The notes below the pieces were generated by a model. It saw only the letters and a list, made by a program, of their open reading frames with translations, did no database searches and was not told where the DNA came from. This document shows positions 23,911-35,500 of a DNA stretch of 64,000 bases, piece after piece. The position numbers and the translations under genes are program-made. This DNA is from Gnetum montanum. Lineage: Eukaryota > Plantae > Gnetophyta. The first letter of the stretch is position 1, and every line of letters starts with the position of its first letter. The stretch lies in NCBI GenBank assembly GCA_015680685.1, contig MNCI01000751.1:124001-188000 (forward strand). Direction: 5' to 3'.

Positions 23911-25990
23911 CTTCTTCTTTATCCTAGCCTTATCCCAACTACATAAGGTTAGCTACATGAATTCTCATCTGTCATTTACTTTTATTAAGAGCCAAATTAG
24001 CATTAATACTCAAATATTGGATATCTTTCTTTATAAGTATGATTTGGTCTAAATTTTTGTTATTTCCCTATAACTGTAATCAAGCAACCTCTTCTAATAG
24101 CAGCATTCTCTAGTCTTCTCAACACATGACCAAACCATCTAAGCCGACTTTCCTTAATCTTCTCATCTATGGGGTGCTGTCCCCAAATTTTTCCTAGTAA
24201 GAGTTGATTTGATTTTTCCTAGTGACACCAAATATCCACCTTAGCATTTGTATCTCTACCACATGCACACATTGACCCTAATGCTTTTTGATAGGTCAAC
24301 ATTTTGCGCCATAACGGATTATAGGTCTAAAAATAGTTTTGTAGAATTTTCTCATCAACCTAGTAGGGATTCTTCTATCACAAAGCATATCACTAAATCC
24401 TTGACATTTCATCCATCATGCTTCACTTTTGTTTGTCATATCATTATTGATCTCACCATCCATTTGAACAAGTGACCATAAGCATCTAAACCGCTTACTT
24501 TGAGTAACTTCTTGGTTTTGAATTCTAATCTTTATATCTTCATTAAGCACTTTTCCACTAAAAGTGCACTTCATATATTCTATTTTACTTCTATTAATAT
24601 TCAACTCCTTTGTTTCAAGGGTACTTCTCTAAGTCTCCATTTTTACAGCCAAGTTTCTAAGATTTATCTACCAATACAATATCATCTTCAAAGAGTATAC
24701 ACCAAGGGATATCATCTTTTTATTTCTTTAGTCAGCTCATTCATGATAATGGCAAACAAATAAGGGCTTAGAACATATCTGAAACACCTCTGATCCGCGT
24801 GCGGACCACCCAAGGTGCTCTGCCTTCGTGCATTCCAGCTCGCCCTCAAGCGAAGGCAGGGTCTTCTGTGTGCGTCCTGCGAGCCCATGGTCTCTGTTTC
24901 TTTCCAGCCGGTGACCGACGATTTCAGGTGGTACAATATCCTTTGGTTAACTCTATCTTCATGGAGAGGTCCATAGTGTCTCTACATATAGTGCAAGCTT
25001 AACTTGTGGCTCCATCATATATGCCTTAAATATCCTTTATGTACCCAATAGGAATATCTTCGCTCTTTAACACCCACCAAATAATTTCTCAAGGGACTTT
25101 AGCATAAGCTTTCTCTAAATCAATGAAAATCATATTAGGATTTCTCTTTTTATACCTAAACTTTTTTGTCAATTATCTTAGCAAAAAATTAGCTTCCATA
25201 GTTCATCTACCAAGAATAAAACTGAACTAATTCTCAGAAATAGTTGATTCTTACCTTAAACATTATTCTACAACACTTTCACATCACTTCATCATGTGAC
25301 TCATAAACTTGATGCCTCTATTGTTCCCAGAGTTTTGAATGTCTCCATTGTTCTTGTAGATGGGTACTATAGTGCTTCTTCTACAATCATCTAAGCATTT
25401 TCCCCTCCTCTTATATCTTGTTGACTAAATTTGTCCACCAATTAGCCCCTGTATCTTCCATAAACTTCCATGCCTCTATAGAATACCACCTAATCCTGTC
25501 ACATTACCATTCTTCATCCTCATAAAAGCTCTCTTCACTTCAAAGGCATATATATAGTTGGTCATTCCTACATTTAATTCAAGACAATCAACTTCATTTC
25601 TAGAAACTTTTTCATTAAGTAGCCCTTGAAAATAGATGCTCCATCCCTCCAAAATTTCCTTGTTGGTAAATAAAATCCTTTTGTTATCTAACTTGATGCA
25701 TCTGATATAGTAAATGACTTTTCACCAAGTCTTGGCCAGCTTGTAAATCAATTTTTCATCCTCCTTAGTTCCTAGATTTTCATAAATGGCAGTGAAAATG
25801 CTAAGTTTAATCTAGCTCACTATCTTTTTTGCTTAGTTCTTTGCTATCTCATATCTTTCAAAGTCACCATATCTCCTATCCTATTGCCACCCTTTAAAAC
25901 ACTATTTTTTTATCTTAAATTTTTTGTTGCACTAACTCACCCAACCATGAGGTTTCCATTTGAATATACTTATTCCATTTTGATACCCCA
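23911..25990 (-). mobile_element. RTE-clade LINE, RT and 3' end, 5' truncated
   Basis: FIDLEKAY; LSPYLFAIIM; INRSKIEYM; RLRWFGHV; 3' end GGGATAAGGC followed by an (AAG)n tail. Confidence 0.88.
24780..24935. mobile_element. 156-bp GC-rich solo LTR inserted into the RTE reverse transcriptase
   Basis: TG...CA ends; imperfect terminal inverted repeats (TGAAACACCT / AGGTGGTACA); perfect 5-bp TSD ATATC; removing it restores ...IELTKGYVLSPYLF. Confidence 0.85.
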
Positions 25991-27861
25991 AGGATGTGTA
26001 AGAACATATCCCAACAATACAGGTTTGAATGTGGTTGTCATGCAAAATCATTAGTAAATGTCAGGCAATGAAAAATTTCATGATAAAGTACAGATCAAGA
26101 AAGCTCTCTGCAAACAGGATAAACTACACGAGTTGCAAGGCATAAACGTAATGAATAATTGAATTACTGTGTTCAAGTAATTGAATATTCGAGTGACATA
26201 AATAAGAAGTTGGTTATTCTAGTTAGCATCCTGGCAAAGCAACTGCATAGATGGAATCAAAAATTGCATTCCGCAATTGACTTTTGAACAGTCATAAGTT
26301 TTTCATTGGGTTGGTATTAATGTAAATAACTCAACCATGTTGACTTATATTTTGTTAGCATCAATGTTACGAGATAGAAGGAAATTTGGATTTAGAAACA
26401 TGATGCAGACAGTGTTGTACTTGCATTCTTCATTCTAAATTTTGTCAATCAAGAAAAGTTTTCACATATTTCTATTTTATATTAACAATATATAATGTTG
26501 ATTATTTTTATTTATGATTTCATCATGTTTACCTATATATTAATTATGGCATGCTATGACTTTGCACTCTGAACATAGTAGTTTGTGCGCTTTTAACCTA
26601 TTAAATCATCTATTTCCTGGCCAGAAAGTATTTGCATCAACTAGTCCAAATCATATTGATTTGTGCATAGTTAAGTTTATTATTCTCAAAAACTCAAATA
26701 GTAGTAGGATGGAAATGCATCGAATCAAGCACATACTATTTTCAAAGCTACGCATAGACAGAAATGTAAGCATGCTCACAATTTTGGAGTTTCAGGAGTA
26801 GCTTATTTCCACATATGAATTTATTTCAAACTTTTTTTTTAATGACAACTCATATATTTTGACAGGTAAAGTGAAGAAGAAGGCTAGTGCTTCAGACGCC
26901 TCAAAGCGCTCCCTTAAACCACTACAATTAGTCAAGGTCACATTTCAAAAACAGTCTTTAATAAGACAGGGTTGACTTTGGTTTCTATGTTTCACACAGA
27001 TAAAAATGCCATGTTTTTTACCTCATTTGTTTGGTTTCTTAATTTTTTTACTTTTTAACATTTTATGTTTTACCAACTTACGCTAGAGCAGAATATGGTT
27101 GCTTGGTTACCAATCTACTTGGCTTTTAAATTTTATTTCATCATTTTAATTAAAATTTTCTGTAACTACGAAGTGTTCAATACATGAAAATATTACTACA
27201 CATGTATTCAGATCGTAACGTAATAATCCAGTCTTAAGAGAGCATTTCCAGTGAATGGCAATGCTCCCCGACATTTCAGGATAATTTTACTTAACTATGG
27301 CTTCCACCAATATCATATGACACTTTGCTTTACCTTTAGCCAGCGTGTTCTCGAATTGGGAGAATGTGCCTCACAGCATGGCCCCGTAACGTAAAAGTAT
27401 CCCGAAAAAGTTTAGAATTTGGAAATATTTTGAACTTTTCTGAATGATCAGGTAACAGCTCATATAAATGTAAAATTTTTCAGTTTTCGTCAAAAAATTC
27501 ATATTCAGGTTCTAAGAAAAATTGCATTGCCCGGCATGAATCCGAACTAATTACCATGACAACCAGAGATTCCAGGTACCAATTTGAATTAACGTTAGAA
27601 AAACAAACCCCAGTTCTACATGACTATCACAAAAATACGTTCAGGCTTCAATTATAAATTTATGCTTTCAATAACATGTTTTCGTAATGCAGGAAATTTA
27701 AATCACGTAGCCGCTTAATTTTAGAGAGTAATGCACCATTTTTTCCCAACTAACTAACAAATATAAACTCCATGACCAGACGCACATATCTGAGAGACAC
27801 CGGTATCTTTCCACGCACATGAAAATGAAACTATAACCGTTCAAAATAAAATGTTAAATAC

Positions 27862-27915
27862 CTCTAAAGAAAATGTCGAAAGCGCTGCAACAGCATCTTC
27901 CAGGGGAAGCGCCAT
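27862..27915 (-). CDS. PIR: PIR/SRA1 (CYFIP family) exon 1: MALPLEDAVAALSTFSLE
   Basis: ATG at 27915; 54 nt, phase 0, followed by a GTATTT donor; matches the plant PIR N-terminus (MAVPVEEAIAALSTFSLE type). Confidence 0.93.
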
Positions 27916-28350
27916 TCCGCTCTCGAAGCCTGTGCTGCAAGCAGCTTAAACTAAATTGCAACAAATGCCTGCTCAAACAGAAATGCCAGAGAGATCGCCA
28001 GATCTCACAGGCAACGAAGCGAGAAAGGCTGGAACGACTGTTTTATGATGTTAGGAAAAGGAACCAAGAAAGAGCACCGGTTTATTGCAAGATGATGATC
28101 ATTTCATTGTTGAAGAAACTTTCATGACTGCTTGTGGAGCTAAGCAATGAACGTATCGTTTTTCCGTTAGGCAGAGTCATTATGAAATGAAATGGCGTGG
28201 CGTGGCGTGGCGTTGTGTCTAAGCAAAGCTAAAATGTTACACAGCCATTTTGCATTTGCAGGCATGCGCAGGCAATGATTTAATGTAGGAAACAAGGCTG
28301 GCAAATGTAAACTTGCTTGCCTTAAGCTTTCTTTGTATCTCTCACTACGT
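27916..28350 (-). promoter_or_regulatory. PIR 5' UTR / proximal promoter, CpG-retaining, with (TGGCG)4 at 28193-28212
   Basis: Directly upstream of the ATG; CpG visibly more frequent than in the flanking TE DNA; transcription start not determinable. Confidence 0.5.
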
Positions 28351-28457
28351 ATTCCAGATATTTGATACCATGTTATACAAGTATGTGAATCATGATTTAA
28401 GAAAATAGTATTATATATAACATTACTTATTAGAATCAAAGCTATAACTTAGAGTTA

Positions 28458-29034
28458 NNNNNNNNNNNNNNNNNNNNNNNNNNNNNNNNNNNNNNNNNNN
28501 NNNNNNNNNNNNNNNNNNNNNNNNNNNNNNNNNNNNNNNNNNNNNNNNNNNNNNNNNNNNNNNNNNNNNNNNNNNNNNNNNNNNNNNNNNNNNNNNNNNN
28601 NNNNNNNNNNNNNNNNNNNNNNNNNNNNNNNNNNNNNNNNNNNNNNNNNNNNNNNNNNNNNNNNNNNNNNNNNNNNNNNNNNNNNNNNNNNNNNNNNNNN
28701 NNNNNNNNNNNNNNNNNNNNNNNNNNNNNNNNNNNNNNNNNNNNNNNNNNNNNNNNNNNNNNNNNNNNNNNNNNNNNNNNNNNNNNNNNNNNNNNNNNNN
28801 NNNNNNNNNNNNNNNNNNNNNNNNNNNNNNNNNNNNNNNNNNNNNNNNNNNNNNNNNNNNNNNNNNNNNNNNNNNNNNNNNNNNNNNNNNNNNNNNNNNN
28901 NNNNNNNNNNNNNNNNNNNNNNNNNNNNNNNNNNNNNNNNNNNNNNNNNNNNNNNNNNNNNNNNNNNNNNNNNNNNNNNNNNNNNNNNNNNNNNNNNNNN
29001 NNNNNNNNNNNNNNNNNNNNNNNNNNNNNNNNNN
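28458..29034. other. Assembly gap (others at 5772-5815, 33872-34417, 38211-38395, 50726-51324)
   Basis: Runs of N. Confidence 1.
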
Positions 29035-29572
29035 AGGAGACATGCTAACACTAACTCATTGTTTGTTGGCATGTGTTTCAGGATTGTTGATTGCTAAGGC
29101 GTATTCCTCTTGAGTTTTGTCCCGATTCAAAATCTGCTTGGGAAACTCTTGGGGTGCCGAACAATGTTCTCTGGGGCAACGTTGTTATAGAGGGACAGCT
29201 TCACGACTGCATTGATCAAACAGTTCTGTCCTGGGAACTCTGAATGGGTTGCTAGAACCAAGCTAGAGACCCTAAAACATGCAGGGAAGCTTGAGGTGCC
29301 CCCACGGCCCTCGAACCGTGGGGGAGGTAGCAGGCTACCAGCAACCCTACTACCTCTCTCACATTAGTGCTCATTTTTATGAAATTATATGTAATTTAAG
29401 GAGTATGCTTGTTGCAAGAAATTTTGTTCTGTCATTGTGGTATTGTCTTCATGAAGTGTGTATGAGTATTAACCTTAGATATATGTGGTCCTATTATATG
29501 TTGCTTCAAATGTATTATGATTGTGACATGTGATGGCTTAAGCTAGCTTGGACTGGTAAATGTCTTTGTGAT

Positions 29573-32500
29573 TGATGAGCGGCGAGGTACCCCTATGCTC
29601 AACCATATGAATACAAGCATTTCATGCACAATCCGGTCAAATTCCAAGGACTAAGTGCCTATGCGCCTTTGTGGAACAATAACGGGTTGATTAATCGTTG
29701 TCATCCCAAACTTACTTATATGTCACGGTTGTATGGTTAAGCAAGCTTGAGGCATATGATTTTTATAGCTTTTATGTGTTTTATATCCTACACTATTAAG
29801 GAGGGGAGAGAGAAATAACTAAGTAACTAATCTAATTTAACTATTCATTAACTAAGTTCTAAGTACTCCTAACACCAGTATCCGTTCCCACTTGCCGTAC
29901 ACATCCTGAACCAGTGCAACATTACTGGGATTACCAAATGCTAATCGTTATTAGGTTACCAAGCGCTACACGCATGCTTCAGGCGGTCGTACTGAGTGTA
30001 TTTAACTAAAAGAGTTGTAAGGTGAGAGAGATCATTAATTAACTAGGAAAGCATTAAATAATAATTAACACTAATTAATCTATTCTGTATGCTACAAGGT
30101 TTATCATAAAGTTTGTCTTTATTGCCATACACAAAGTGTGCTTAGGTACACAATGCTCAAATAAAGATCCATTTACTCTCTTACTCCTATTTTGGGCACG
30201 TAGAAATAATTCTAACTTTGGAGGGAAAAATGGCAAGAGTTTGTCTAAGAGACTAACTTCTAATTGTGGAAACTAAGGGCACTGCCTCTTATTTATAGGC
30301 AAGGAGATGGGTCGCAATATCGGGTATCCGATATCGCAAATGCGATATCACAACCACGATATCACGGTTCATCATACCCCCATAACTAAATGCAAACTCA
30401 TCCTCGAGTTCCTTACAAAATATTGGGAAGGTATGAGATTATTGACTGAATGACCATTAATAGTGCAGCAGGGAGACAGAGTCAACGTGCCTGGTGAACG
30501 GATCAACAATACAATACATGACAACATTAGATTCATGACCACAAAATTGAACACTGTACATAAATGACATCTAGCCTTATTTGGCAGCTAGGAGAAAAGG
30601 AGAGAGAGAAAGAAGAAGACATGTTGCCGCTAGTGCCAAGATTGCGCCTTCTGTTGTTATCCATAGCCACGCCACCAATCTGGCTCCTTTCGTAAACGTT
30701 CTAGTTTTGGTGCATCCTAAGTGTTTCCTCCAAGCCTAGTCCATTATTGTATAATTGCCATCTGCACACACAACACAGTCACAAATGAGCGAGGGTAGAT
30801 AAATTACAATGCAATTGATACCTTGCCTCGATGTAACGGGCATTGGTTGAGCTGTGGTTATGGCAGATACTGATTCTGGAGTTTTAACACTAGTGACTAC
30901 CCATGGTGTAGGGGTTAGGAAAAATTGAAAAAATTGTGCCAGGGCCCCCATGACGAAGAGCGAACCTTCGGTAACAATAGGATGGAAAAAGATGAGGAAT
31001 AAGAAAGATGGAGAAAAAGTAATAATGGCAACGCCAATAAAATGGATGTCATGGATGGGGATGAAACAAAAATTGTTGATTGCAGAAAATTTTTAAGGAA
31101 AAGAGGTTAACAAGTGTACCAAAAAGGAATGCCAATGGGTCCTCCCCAAAGCAGGCTCATGCCGTAGATGCCTTGACAGACCTACATTCCAAAGAGTCTG
31201 TAGGCTCTAGGAATGTCATTTGGAAGCAAGAATTAAAAACTTACCCATAAGAAATTACCAAGGAAAAACGTTACATCAACCAAAGTATGGACTAATGATA
31301 AAACTGGCAATGAGGTGAAAATGGAAAAGAAAGGTGGAGAGGAGAGAATGGAATGGAAACCCAAAAATAAGGTTGTGTAAAGTCCCTTCTGTGTNCAAAG
31401 ACTTATTTTTATGAACTTAACTTTCGGTGATTTGATGAATGGTCAGAATGGCAGAAAACCCAAAGAAAAAGCATCCAAGAACTCAAGAGAATAGCCAGTA
31501 CAAATGCATCGAATCCCCTTGAAGTCATACCCTTTCCATCCCTTGAGTCCTTCCTTAGTTTGAGAAATACTCAGCCACCACTTTGTTAACAATTTTATTA
31601 GAGAAAAGGGACTGTACAGTTCCAAGCCAAGGGAGACCGTAGGATTTTATGGATGTATGAACGACGTGGACTCATTGCCTGTTAATCAAAAGAACCATAC
31701 ATTAATATCGACATCATACTTCAAAGGTAAAATCCAAACATTAGCAATCGATATAATATTATTCATACCACCATCATGAATACTTATTGGGTGAGGAGCA
31801 AAACAAAATAAAATCACACAAAGGAATGGTAAAAATATGAATGATGGTGTATGCAAAACAAAAATGTGTAAAAAAAATATGTAAAACAAAAACTTAGAAA
31901 GAATTGAGGGCCTTCAATGATTAGCAAGGGTGGCCATCTCCCCCATGACTGAATTGGAAGGAGGAAATCCAAAATAATGAGCAAGGTTGTCCACCTATAG
32001 AGGTAGCATATGCTCTGGTTGTGTTAAACTCTTGGAAGGGTTTTGTTTGTTGCACGTTAACTAACAGTCTCTTATTCGGGCTCTCAGGTTTATATATGGT
32101 CATGGCCCCTCAAGGAAAAGTTGCATAGATAATGTAAGGTCCTTCCCACAGTCTTTGAAATTTGGTACGTTGTGACACATGTGTGGGGTTCCAGTAGAGA
32201 ACCTTATCACCTGGTCGATACTTAACTTTCCTAATTTTTAGGTCATGATGTTGTTTATTAAATGCCTTGTGCAACTCATTAGAAGATAACTAATCGATTC
32301 TCGTTTAGCAAGTTAAGAGTCATCAACCTTTGTTTTTGTGCTAGATCAAGGTCAAGGTTGAGGTCACATGTTGTGGCTAGTGTACGAAGCTCAGTTTGGA
32401 TAGGGAGCATTAGGATTTTTCCATACACAAACTTGTAGGGAGAGTAGCCTATAGGGAGTTTCCATGTGGAGCGGTATGCCCAAAGAGCATCATTCAATTT

Positions 32501-35500
32501 AGTGCTCTAGTCTCGCCTATACTTGCTAATGGTTCTGGGTAGTATCTTAGTAATCTCCCTATTGGTGACCTCAGCTTGACCATTTTCTTGGGGGTGGTAT
32601 GGTGTAGTCAATTTTTGCTCAACCCCTAAGCGTTGCATTAACTTCCAAAAAGTTGCACCTATAAAGTGGGTACCATTATTTGAGATAAGTGCACATGACA
32701 CACCAAACATGTTGACGACTTATTGTTGGACAAATCGTGTAGCTGTAGATGAGGTGCAGTTTTTAACAGTAGTTGCTTTAGCCCATTTTGTTAAGTAGTC
32801 TATGACAACTACAATGTAAGATTTTCCATTGGACATTGGTGTAATGGGCCCCATGAAATCGATTCCCCAAATGTCAAAGGGTTCTAGCGGTTGAATCCAT
32901 TGTTGTGGACCCTCCATTCTAGCAGTCATTCCCCCATCACGTTGGCAACACTCACAAGATTGGACGAGTTGATGGGTGTCTCGGAACAAGGTAGGCCAAT
33001 AATACCTTGCAAGCAGGATCTTAATGGTTGTTCGTCTCCTAGCATAATGACCCCCACAAGGGCCCTCATAAGCATCTTTGAGAACTCTCAGTTGATCTCT
33101 ATTGGGAACACACCATCAAACCAAGCCATCGGGACATACTTTGTAAAGGTATCCATTAATCTCCATAAAATGCTTGGCTCTATGAAGAAACTATTGTTTC
33201 TTCTTAAGGTCTAGCTCTTGTGGTGTTTGTTGGGTAAGAAGATAGGTAAGAATGTTGTTGTACCAGTTTGTCTTTATGGGTGATTAGTTGTTCACTACAT
33301 CGGCATAGAGAAACTCATCAAGGAAGTGATTGGAGATGAGATACTCATCCTCTTTGTTGTCCCAGCGCAACCAAGATAAATGATCGGCAACTATGTTCTC
33401 GGTGCCTTTACGATCGATCATTGTTAGATCGAACTCTTGTAGGATTACCAACCATCGTATAATATGGGGGCTTACCATTGGCTTATTCATGAGAAACTAG
33501 ATTGCACTATGATCTATGTGTATAAATACTTTATACCCCAATACATAGTGCCTAAATTTTTCTAGTGCAAACACTACAACCATTAATTCTTTTTCTGTAG
33601 TAGTGTAGTTAAGTTGTGCACCAACTATACTTCTACTTGCACAGTGGATGTAATAAGGACGTTTTTGGTCATCTAACTGCGTAAGTGCAACTCCTAAGGC
33701 ATAGTTGGATGCATCAATCATGACATGGAATGGTCTGGACTAGTTAGGAGCTTGTAGAATGGGTGTTTCTACTAGCTTTTGTTTTAGAGTTTGGAAAGCT
33801 AATTCACATTCCTTGGTCCACTTGAAGGGTACATCCTTTTTCATTAGCTCTACCAATGGTTTGGAAATCTTNNNNNNNNNNNNNNNNNNNNNNNNNNNNN
33901 NNNNNNNNNNNNNNNNNNNNNNNNNNNNNNNNNNNNNNNNNNNNNNNNNNNNNNNNNNNNNNNNNNNNNNNNNNNNNNNNNNNNNNNNNNNNNNNNNNNN
34001 NNNNNNNNNNNNNNNNNNNNNNNNNNNNNNNNNNNNNNNNNNNNNNNNNNNNNNNNNNNNNNNNNNNNNNNNNNNNNNNNNNNNNNNNNNNNNNNNNNNN
34101 NNNNNNNNNNNNNNNNNNNNNNNNNNNNNNNNNNNNNNNNNNNNNNNNNNNNNNNNNNNNNNNNNNNNNNNNNNNNNNNNNNNNNNNNNNNNNNNNNNNN
34201 NNNNNNNNNNNNNNNNNNNNNNNNNNNNNNNNNNNNNNNNNNNNNNNNNNNNNNNNNNNNNNNNNNNNNNNNNNNNNNNNNNNNNNNNNNNNNNNNNNNN
34301 NNNNNNNNNNNNNNNNNNNNNNNNNNNNNNNNNNNNNNNNNNNNNNNNNNNNNNNNNNNNNNNNNNNNNNNNNNNNNNNNNNNNNNNNNNNNNNNNNNNN
34401 NNNNNNNNNNNNNNNNNGATCCTTGAATGTTGCCATGTTTAGCAACCTAAAATCTATACACACCCTCCATTTGCCTCCCTTTTTAGGCACGATCACCAAG
34501 GGGCTAACCCATTCACTATCAGCAATGGGGTATATGAACCCAACCTTTAGAAGCTGTTCAATTTCTTCTTTTACTACTTGCTTCAGCTTTGGGTTCAATA
34601 ACCTCTGTGGTTGTTTTTGAGGCTTCATGGAGGAGTCAGTGTAAATCCTATGCTGACATATCCTAGGATCTATTCTAGTTAATTCTAGATATGACCAGGC
34701 AAAGGCTTTTGACCATTTGTTTATTACCTTTAGCAGACTCTCTTTTTGTTGTGGGGCAAGCCTTGCGTTGATGATTACTAGTTTTCCATTCTTAAGGAAC
34801 GTGTATTCCATATCGGTGGGCAATGGTCTTAGCTCTAGGGGCTCTTGTTTAAATTCTTTAGGAATTTCCAACTTTCCCCAGTTGATGTTTTCTAAGTTAG
34901 GACTAGGAAGTTGGCGATGGACTTGCTCTAATGCATCAATGCTATCTATGTATTCAGTTATTTCCATGCATATAAGTGAGCTACTTTCTTGATCAGCTAT
35001 CAACCACTGGGTGTCTTCTTGTCGTGTGGCTACTGCATACAGGCACCTTTGTATGTTGATCGTTTTTGCACACTGATTGCATGCAGGCAATGTTAAACTT
35101 TGCACAACCCATGATCTCTATATGTAGTTGCACCTTGGGTTACTGTATGTAATTCATGGAACCTTCTTCTTCTTGATCTTTCCAAAAGTGTTTTCCTTAG
35201 ATATTTCTAGGGAAAGATCACGGATACCTAGGCGCACATCAATAGTGCTTAGCCATGCCCTTTCTATTATGATTGGGAAGTTCCCCTTACTGTTATTCAC
35301 TTGGATCACCAGGAAGTTAGCTGGATATGACCATCCACAAATAGTGGTAACAATGTCCTCCACTAATCCCAAGAGAATAGTGATGGATTGGTTAGCTAAC
35401 TTTAAATGGACATTGCTCTTTTTTAATGGAGGTAGGTTCTAGGCCTTATACATTTCTTGGGATATTAGCTTGACATGGCTCATTCCCAATGATTTGTAGA

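Noticed and set aside
21865-25990. A single RTE with a twin-priming 5' inversion
   Set aside because: The inverted endonuclease piece lies beyond the 3' tail rather than at the 5' end, so these are separate insertions.
28423-29072. Long ORFs made of X residues (also near 33759-34620, 38192-38438 and 50616-51353)
   Set aside because: These are artefacts of translating N gaps.
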